Shown here piece after piece: positions 54,120-64,000 of a stretch of DNA of 64,000 nucleotides. The position numbers and the translations under genes were made by a program. The number at the start of each line of letters is the position of its first letter. Position 1 is the stretch's first letter. Source of the stretch: Eledone cirrhosa (Eukaryota); the NCBI GenBank assembly GCA_964016885.1, contig OZ024741.1:220534001-220598000 (forward strand), written 5' to 3'. Under the pieces are notes generated by a model that made no database searches, was not told where the DNA came from, and was given only the letters and a program-made list of their open reading frames with translations.

Positions 54120-55464
54120 TTAAAGGGATGGAAAGCAAAGTTGACATCGGTGCGATGTGAACTGAGAGAGAAGAGAGCCGGAACAAATACCACAAAGTAT
54201 TCTAACGAACGTTCTAACCACTCCAACAACTCACCGCCTTAGTTGACAGTTGGCGAAAGTGAAATCCCCATTTATCCGTCTTTTCCAACATTTTACTATC
54301 CTTACCTCTCTTTTGTATTCCTTTTGGACTGAAGCATACACACACACACACAGATAGACACATGCACACTGACATATATACATACACACTCTGACACACA
54401 CGCGCACAAACATAGTCCTCTATTGGTATCGTAATTGTTTGTGAGAGTGGAAATAGAGACTGTCTAGTTTTCACCCACTTGTATACCAAGGAATTCATTA
54501 AGGAATTACTATGTAACCAGCTCTACAGTCTCGCTAGCATCTTATAACGTTAGGTTTGAACCAGTTTAATTAATAATACTCTAATGGCAGATGTGTGAAG
54601 GATGAGAAAGCTATATTGTGAAGCTGATAAATCAATAGACTACGGAGAAATTACAAAAATCGCGTACAAGGGAGATAACAAATACAAATTTTAAAGAATT
54701 ATTTCCCTTGAACACATTAGTAGTGTTGAATTTTTTTTTTTGTTTTTCAAGTTTATCGATGTTAACGTTATTGATAGCGTTGTAAAATGACGTATTTGTT
54801 TCAATATCTTGTAGTCTAAAATCTGCCACGGGCTCGGAGCCTCATCAAGCCACTGATTATCCTTCATTTCATGTCCAGAGTACGAGACTTTCCTTTGTCA
54901 TTACGCCAGTACACCAAAGAGTTATGTAAAGTATATGTAAAATGTTATGTTAAAGACTTCTCGAGCTCACATGCTCATCAGGCTGGTGTTTATCCTGGTT
55001 TCCGTGGCATGAGGTGACTGAGAGTACAAGACCTTACTCCTGGATATGACGCTAGTCCATCGCAGTGTTCGGAAGTCCATCAGACCGGTGCTTATCCTGG
55101 TTTGCGCAGAGTTAAACCAGTTATGGCTGGTACTCATTTTCAGCTGAGTATATAGGAGGAACATGAAATGAAGTGTTTTGCTCAAGAATATAAACTGATA
55201 CTATCTCACCAATTAGTGAACCGAAACTCCCTCGGGTGAGTTTAAAATCTAAAACTAAATAACCAAGGGAAATAACTCTAAATGACTCAATGAACAAGTT
55301 TTAACAATATAGACAATTTAAATATCAGTGGATCTCGATTTTAGAAGGTAACTAGTGAAAGTAACAGGAGTGTTTCGGTATTAATAGACATCCTCAGGGA
55401 ATCAAATTTATTCAGTTCACAGAAGTAAGACATTTTATATATACACAAATAGTGAATGTAATGC

Positions 55465-55700
55465 TTCTTCTTTTTCTTTTCTTTCTTTTTTTTTTTGCCC
55501 ACTTATTTCTGGGAGAATCGTGGGTCCAGTGTCCTCAAACACACCTTCCAGCTCATCCTGTGAGAGCAATCGTCTCCAATTGATCAAGTTGGGTCCCCAT
55601 GCGGGACCAGACAAGCTCGTGGATGTTATCCAACCCTCTTGCTCGGGGTCTACCCCTGAGTCTCCTGCCCGTTGGTTTTGTCCGTAAAATCAGTCCAGCG
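55465..55700 (-). mobile_element. RTE-like LINE 3' relic
   Basis: KPTGRRLRGRPRARGLDNI resembles the RTE C-terminal motif; A/GAA-rich tail. Confidence 0.55.
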
Positions 55701-55818
55701 ATTCTGTGCTGAGACATTCTGTGCTGAGAAATTCTGTGCTGAGCCATTAGTAGTAGCATTGAAGAAGTAGTGGGTTTACGTGGAGCCGTATTGCTGATAA
55801 TTCTCCTTTATTCCCTCT

Positions 55819-55866
<48 letters not shown>

Positions 55867-55870
<4 letters not shown>

Positions 55871-56302
55871 CAGAATGGCCTGGCGTTGCTCGGGATGCTA
55901 AACATATATTAGCATGTTTATCCTTCCTTTCTGAAACAGTTTCGTCGTATGTTCACCAATTGATGCAGAGGTCCTAATAAAAAGTGAAGTCGCCTTGGGT
56001 GAATAGGCAAATAATTTTCCATTAAGATTTTTCAAAAGTATGTAATTGCGTTGCCTCTCTTTTTTGTTTTTGTTTTTGCTGCTGTCGAGCCTCGTGAAAT
56101 AAATACGTGTGTTTATATTTTGTTATTGTGTATGCAAAAATATCTGTACAGGAATATATAATTATATATATATATATTAAAATAACAGATTAAAGTTTAA
56201 GCGATGAATCGCTGCTTTCAGCCTTAACGGGATCTTCTGAAACTAAAAAAAATCAATCTGTGAACGCAGAAATAAATATTTCGAAAAAGGTTACACAATA
56301 TA

Positions 56303-56389
<87 letters not shown>

Positions 56390-56708
56390 AACTATATATA
56401 CATATACACACACACAGCGTCATAATGTCGTAATGCAGACAGTAAGACATAAAGACAGATATTATAAGGGTGCGACGTTGTAGCTATGTATCTATCTAAA
56501 AAGAGACAGGCAAAGAATTATAGAGAGATCGATCGCTAAATCGCCTAATGTGGTCCTTAGGGCATTGAAAATATTTCAAATTGTTTTTGCTCAAAACACT
56601 CACAGGACCATATATATTTTGTGTAAAGTTTGAAAACAATCGGTTGGGTGGTTGTCGAGTTTTAGGGAGTCAGGCAGACGGACAGACATTCTCTGTTTCA
56701 AATATATA
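55867..56708 (-). mobile_element. Non-autonomous Helitron-like element, copy 1
   Basis: Minus strand: (TA)-rich start, tgtctgtc motif, 3' GC hairpin cccgagcaacgccagg then CTAA. Confidence 0.65.
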
Positions 56709-57107
56709 CTAGCAGAATGGCCCGGTGTTGCTCGGGAATTGCTCTAGGGTTCTTATATATTTGATATATATTTATCCTTATCGAGCCTCGTGAAATCAAT
56801 ACGTTTGTTTATATTTTGTTATTGTGTATGCAAAAATGATATATATTTATCCTTATCGATCCTCGTGAAATAAATACGTTTGTTTATATTTTGTTATTGT
56901 GTATGCAAAAATATCTGTTCACGAATATATAAATAACAGTACAGAATAACGGAATACCTCAGCCTCAGGTTGGTGTCTACATTTTGTGCTTATAAAAAAA
57001 GTTCGTCGTACATTACCAGGGTTTTTTTCCGTTCGAAGAAAATCAATACTTTATCGCGAAATAAATACTTTTGTTTATATGTGTATGCAAATATATCTGT
57101 ACACGAA

Positions 57108-57145
<38 letters not shown>

Positions 57146-57611
57146 TAACAGATTAAAGTTTAAGCAAAGAATCGCTGCTTTCATCTTTAACGGGATCTTC
57201 TGAAACTAAAATAATAAATCTGTGAACGCAGAAGTAAATATTTCGAAAAACGTTACACACTATATATATATATATATATAAACACACTATATACACACAC
57301 ACATACACACACACACACATACCGAGTCATGATGACGTAATGCAGACAACCTAGGATACAGACAGATATTATAAGGGCGCAACGTAATATCTATGTATCT
57401 ATCTAAAAAGAGAAAGACTAAGAGAGAGAGAGAAAGAGATTGCTAAATCGCCTAATGCGGTCCCTAGGGCATTGAAAATTTGAAATTTGTTTTGCTCAGA
57501 ACACTCAATAGTACCATAGTATTACATGTGTAAAGTTTGAAAACAATCGGTTGGGTGTTTCTCGAGTTTTATTGATTGTACAGACAGACAAACAGACATT
57601 CTCTGTTTTAG

Positions 57612-57620
<9 letters not shown>
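56709..57620 (-). mobile_element. Non-autonomous Helitron-like element, copy 2
   Basis: 3' hairpin cccgagcaacaccggg followed by CTAG; colinear homology with copy 1. Confidence 0.7.
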
Positions 57621-57646
<26 letters not shown>

Positions 57647-58462
57647 TGTATGTCTGGTATATTTGACAATATACCGTAAGTTTGATTAAAAACATTTAGA
57701 AGACCATACGCTATCAGTTTTAAAGTAGTGACTAAGTCACTTCTTTTCAGCGAAATATATACACACACACACACATTAAAACAAAACAATCTTATATTAA
57801 ATTATCACCCTCCATTGATCCTGGCATATGATCAAGACCGTTCATCATTCTAACTAATACATATGAAGGTGCTTTATCTCTGAAATTTTCGCAGCAACGA
57901 TTCTATAAAGTTACAGGCAAAACATACGACTTGAATTTTTAAACTCCGGTTCAGGTTGTATTTTTGTTCCCTACAATTCACAACATTTCAAGGTTATTGT
58001 TTCAATACGTAGTAGCATAAATAGTTGTGTCAATGATTATAAAGGGTGGTGGAGTTAACCCGTGCCGGAGTTTTTGTTGTGTAGTCCGGACACAACGATG
58101 TGTCGTCCGGACACAGCGATATTTAAATTCTTTGGAGCCCATACCTCTATAGGTCTGAACACGGCACATTTCTTCCAAAGATTTACCACATCATTGGGCC
58201 TTCTCATTCAAGTTTGAGGAAACCTTCCCTGGTTGACCTCCACCGTTTTCTATTTAGTTTTGATCATGCCAGGTATGAAACCATATTCACCTCGCTTGGC
58301 TAATTGAGGGGTGGTGAGGTTATTTAACCCATAGTTGGGGTGGTTGGCTGTTATCTCTGAGGAGATCATCCGTATTGAATGGTATCTATTAACTTTGAAA
58401 TGATGGAAAGCAACTTTGACGTCCTCGGATTTGAAATCAAAGAAGAATGAGATGAAAAAATA

Positions 58463-59080
58463 CAATGGTACCTTGACTTACGAGTTTAGTTCGTTCCGTG
58501 ACGGAGTTCTTAACTCAAATTACTCTATGTTGAAGTACCTGGGGACTGCTGCAGCAAATCAGCGTAAATAGCTCGTGCCTTCACGCAGAGTATAGACTCC
58601 GTCACGGTATCTCTTGCGAGCTGCTTCTCCGTCAACCATACTATCAGCAGCTTTTCCATATTTTGATGGATAGATGTCCGTTGTTTAGAAATTATTTTAA
58701 CTCCCTCGGCTGGTGTTATAGCCTTTATCGACTCCTTCTGCTTCATTATGGTGCAGGTCGTAAAAGTGCTACACTCGTACTGCTTCGCCAAGTCGACTAC
58801 ACGCACACCTTGGTCATGTTTTTCGATAATTTCTTTCTTTAATTCAATGCACATAATCCGTTTCTTCTTCTCAGCATTGTGCTTCGCACTCATTTTCTTC
58901 GGACCTATGGGATGCTGAGCGGATGTTACGGCGTTCACTGTGGCGGTCGCTACGCCAACTAGCGGAGGGGTATCTGAAGCTGGCTCGTAACCCGAATTTT
59001 AGCTCGCAACGCGAAGCAAAAAATCGGCCGATATACGAAAACTCGTTAGTTGGGACACTCGCAAGTCAAGGTACCACCCT
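58463..59080 (-). mobile_element. Internally deleted Tigger/pogo transposon
   Basis: TIRs tggtaccttgacttacgagt / actcgcaagtcaaggtacca; ORF 58525-58938 encodes psq-HTH and CENP-B-type HTH start (IELKKEIIEK...MEKLLIVWL...KARAIY). Confidence 0.9.
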
Positions 59081-59234
59081 ATACTTACACGGACATTTAC
59101 GAAATATTTGTATTATAATTCTTGTGACGCTAAACTCCGCCAGTTGCAAACTGCGCATCAACATGAGACATCTCTCTCCACAAAGTTCGATCACCAGCAG
59201 CAGAGTTCAAATGGCAAAGATCAAGTCCAGTCGA

Positions 59235-59470
59235 TAAGTTGACATTGTCAAGCATCGTTTTTGCTGCCGGCCTCTGTTTTTCTTACCAGCCAACCTTCCT
59301 TACATACATAACCTACTCACACCACGAGTTGATCTTTTTATATGACCGTATAGTTTGAGTACTCTTGACTTGACAATTGATGTAATTGGGCTAAGTTTGG
59401 TAATGTTGAGCAGCTCACTGATACAAATACGGTCGCTGGGCCAGTCATAAGTCTCATGATGAATTACAAT
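59235..59470 (-). pseudogene. RTE-like LINE C-terminal relic
   Basis: IVKSRVLKLYGHIKR followed by an out-of-frame G-K-K-N-R-G-R-Q motif. Confidence 0.5.
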
Positions 59471-59590
59471 AGATTGGTCAAAATCGGCAGACAGGAGACA
59501 ATAGTTATCTCCCTTGCATAAATTCCAATCACCATCCACTTAAAGCTTGCTGATTTATAGTTACACTTCCTTTTGATATAATATATACAC

Positions 59591-59698
<108 letters not shown>

Positions 59699-59728
59699 AC
59701 ACGCACACAGGCACACACATCTATATAT

Positions 59729-59796
<68 letters not shown>

Positions 59797-60096
59797 ATTT
59801 ATATATAGATGTGTGTGTGTGCGTGTATTTATATATAGATATGTGTGTGTATCTATATATGGATGTGTGTGTGTGTGTATGTGTATTTATAAATATATGT
59901 GTGTAGATGTGTGTGTATTGCGTATAGAATTATTGTGAATTAGCATTTCCATCGAGAATGTTCCGAAAACCTCCACAGCACCCCACTCAACACCGAACAC
60001 CAACTCCTGGTAACAGATCCGACTCCGTGGCGCTGAATGCCACATTAAACCGGGATTGGTCCGAACCTGATCCGAGTAAGAATTAACTTTAATACA

Positions 60097-60299
60097 TACG
60101 AGGATGAGCTGAATGGGTTCATAGGCTGACTATGAAAGAGTGATGCTAAAGTTGTGAAATCTTGCATGTATTAATTTCAACTCTTCTTATTAATAACTGT
60201 ATTGTTTCTTTCCAGTGACTATGTTGAAAAATAAACCTCATTTGGTCATTCCATGAGAGTATCATAGTCAGCCTTTTCACTTTTCAGCCGACACTCGTA
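60097..60299. mobile_element. Mariner-type MITE
   Basis: TA-cgag..gctgaa ... ttcagc..ctcg-TA; same family as 32607-32808. Confidence 0.8.
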
Positions 60300-60346
60300 T
60301 GTGGACAGATAGAGTTAAATTATATATATATATATGTCTATGTATG

Positions 60347-60704
<358 letters not shown>

Positions 60705-61114
60705 TATATAATAATAATAAAATGTGGAGAGGAAGCACACGAGTTAGGATATATATATGAAAACAGGGAGAAAGAGACGATTATGAGAAAGAAAAAAATT
60801 TTTTTTTTCCTTTTTTGTTTCTCTCTCTCTTTTTTCTGGGTTAGAAAATGATTAAAACGAAATGTTTTACTTTGTGTGAAGTGGTAAGGTATTAGTTGAT
60901 TTATTTATTATTTAACAATGGCATTTATTTATGTATTTATATATGTAATTATTGTCTATTACCGGTTTCACCATTTATATGCATTATCAAATGATAGTGA
61001 AATGTATTAGTGTGGTGTCGCACATGTTAAACAGAAGGTGCAGAAAGAATAATGTTATATACAAACAAGGTATATATATATATAGTTCATCCACCGTATG
61101 CAGTTCTCTGGTTA

Positions 61115-62212
61115 CGATCAGAGAGATAAAATCATAGTACATAGAGGAGCCAGAACCAAATGGGTAAAAATGGTAAACAGTGATACAAATGGGACCTGGC
61201 CCTTGTATAAGAACAAATTTTGGAATAGAATAGAAAGAACTAGGAATAAGGTTAATAGAATAAACTCATGGTATGATACCAATAAATACCAGAGTGTAAT
61301 GTTCATCAATATAACCCCTAGAGGTGAATTAGCTTACAAATTTAGAAGGACCCTAGATAAACTTAAACTAAATATTAAAATAGTAGAAAGACCAGGTACC
61401 TCAATAAAAACACTTATTAGTAATACATACCCTTTTCAAAGACCTCCCTGTATAGATAAGAAATGCATAATCTGTAAACTAAGCCACCATATTAACTGTA
61501 AAACTAGAAACATAGTATATAGCATAAGATGTACTGAAGGACAATGTAAAGATAAGAATATAGTGTACATAGGTGAGACAGGTCGTAGTATAGGAGAACG
61601 ATTAAATGGCGAGAGCTTCAAGATAGAAAGGAGTCATCAGTACTCCACCAACATGCTAAAATAGAACACAAGGGCAAATTAGAGAACATAGAAATAAATA
61701 TAATATCTACACACAGAAAAGACGCAATGTTTAGACAAATCACAGAAGCAATAAACATAAATGAACTCCAACCAAAATTAAATAGAAAACATGAATGGAA
61801 TAGCAACATCACAACTTACAATTAAGGACAAAATGAAAACACACACATATAGAACAAACAACCAACCAGTAACATGTAAATAAACAAATAAATAAACAAA
61901 TAAAAACACACACAGACACCCGGATATAACACAAGCGCAAACTAAGCACACAACACACACAAAAACAAGATGGCGCAGGACAGAACAAAGGAGAGGCACA
62001 AGAAAAAGAAAATAATTCCCAGTCACTGAAGAGGTCACAGGATGCGTGACGAAATAACTTTGACAATATATGAACAACCGTCCGGTTGTGGAACCAACCA
62101 ACCAACCGAAAATTGATAATTTTTTAAAATTTATAATTTAATTTATAATAAATTGGAGTGAAAGCAACTGGTGCGTGTGTTTCTTATTGGCTACATGACC
62201 CTCCCAAAGTAT

Positions 62213-62220
<8 letters not shown>
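61115..62220 (+). mobile_element. 5'-truncated Neptune-like PLE (Cys-rich linker + GIY-YIG + pLTR)
   Basis: KIVERPG...C...CIICK...CKTRNIVYSIRC...YIGETGRSIGERL; shifted frame RQITEAINI...LNRKHEW; ends in (TA)n. Confidence 0.88.
62022..62064 (+). ncRNA. Type I minimal hammerhead motif
   Basis: gtca-CTGAAGA-g gtcac aggatgc gtgac-GAAA-taac-TT-tgac. Confidence 0.75.
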
Positions 62221-62290
<70 letters not shown>

Positions 62291-62744
62291 GTACATATAT
62301 ATCAATCGATAAATGCATAGATCGATCGATGTATTACTACATTGAGGCATAGATAAGATAAACAAACACACAAACACATATTCCAATGACTGGAAACAGT
62401 TAATTGATAAAATAAGATTATATACATACTGACATACATACGTATTTTCATATCGAATCCTCTCTCTTTCGGCCTTCCCCCGCTTCTCTCTTATATATAT
62501 ATATGCTTTGGAAGCGCATTATTATAGTAATTGGCATTAGCGTCGAAGATAACTTTATTAGAGGATAGATTTGAGATTCTTTTTTCAACATTACTGACTA
62601 TAGCATTTTTAACGTTAGTGGGGTGGTTAGATTTAACCATATTTTGATCTTATATTATTTATACTCCAGTCCTATGAACTGTTGAGTGCTACTTATCCGA
62701 TATTTGCATTGCTTTATTGTGCTACAATAAAACTCACCTCCTAC

Positions 62745-62951
<207 letters not shown>

Positions 62952-63506
62952 AAAGAGAGTGTTAAAATTTGCTTGAAGCATTGTGGAATAACAAAAATCG
63001 ACGTTTTGAAAGCCTCAACAATGCAGATGGGTAAATCTCCGAGTAACAGAATCTGGTGGTAGTGAGAGAGAGATGTAAGAGGAAGCATAGAAAGAGACGT
63101 AGAGAGCGTATATATATATACAATTTTTTTTCTTATGGAAAAGAATGACTTCACTTGTAGTTCTAAACAATTTAATTTTATAACATTATGATTTTATAAT
63201 TTGGTTTTGTAGATCTAAGTTGTTTGTTAACTTCGGTGGGGAGATTTTAAAGATTCCTGGTTAATTTTCCTGAAGAATTTTGTCGCATTCGTAGGCGGCG
63301 ATTGTCAAACTGCGATCAGGTTGTATTGTGATGTGTGACTCTATATATAAGAGAGATTTAGGTGTGTCTAGGGGTGGGGGTGTTAATGAATGGGGGAGTG
63401 AAGGAGTGTTGATGAAGATTTATATATATATACAGAAAATAGTGAATGGTAACAGGAAGATAATCAATATACCTAACTGTACCAAGGATTTCACACAGTT
63501 TCCAAT

Positions 63507-63622
<116 letters not shown>

Positions 63623-63740
63623 CAGCCTGACTCTTTTTAATATATAGTCAAATTCTACTAAAACTATAAAACTAGTGCTGTGTACTATGTTGAGTAATGG
63701 TCTAACTAGTTTTAAACAGGTTCTATCCTGATATATATAC

Positions 63741-63791
<51 letters not shown>

Positions 63792-64000
63792 TATATATAT
63801 ATATGGCTATTATATATTTGCATATTTAAATACTCTGGTTCCTTTTCTATCCATTTTCCCCGCGCCTTTTCCTATATCACACATAGATGTGTCTGTGTGT
63901 GTGAATGTCCTATAGAGGGATGCATTCCACCCGGCTTAGATGCCTATATGTGTATATCATATACCGCCTCGTACCACTCAATCAGGATCTAATAATTCGC

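Overview
AT-rich, microsatellite-dense eukaryotic DNA made almost entirely of repeats. No host gene, rRNA gene or CRISPR array is supportable. The SINE complement suggests an invertebrate, probably a cephalopod such as octopus (inference only). Four zones: (1) 1-19 kb and 60-62 kb hold fragments of several Penelope-like retroelement (PLE) families (RT and C-terminal GIY-YIG) lodged in (TA)n tracts, with about 14 type-I hammerhead ribozyme motifs read by eye on both strands and a recurring 'inverted tail' palindromic architecture. (2) 19.1-29.7 kb is a same-strand pile-up of two R4/Dong-like RT-RLE families in (TAA)n, including an uninterrupted 863-aa ORF, a ~190-bp target duplication and a ~350-bp target deletion. 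(3) 30-53 kb holds satellites and minisatellites (40, 27, 32, 25, 96, 65 and 107 bp units) and a fold-back pair of tRNA/5S-rRNA chimeric elements whose 5S 3' end is tandemly amplified. (4) 53-60 kb holds SINEs, MITEs, a deleted Tigger, tandem non-autonomous Helitrons and LINE relics. All calls are by eye; coordinates of degenerate elements are approximate and ribozyme activity is untested.
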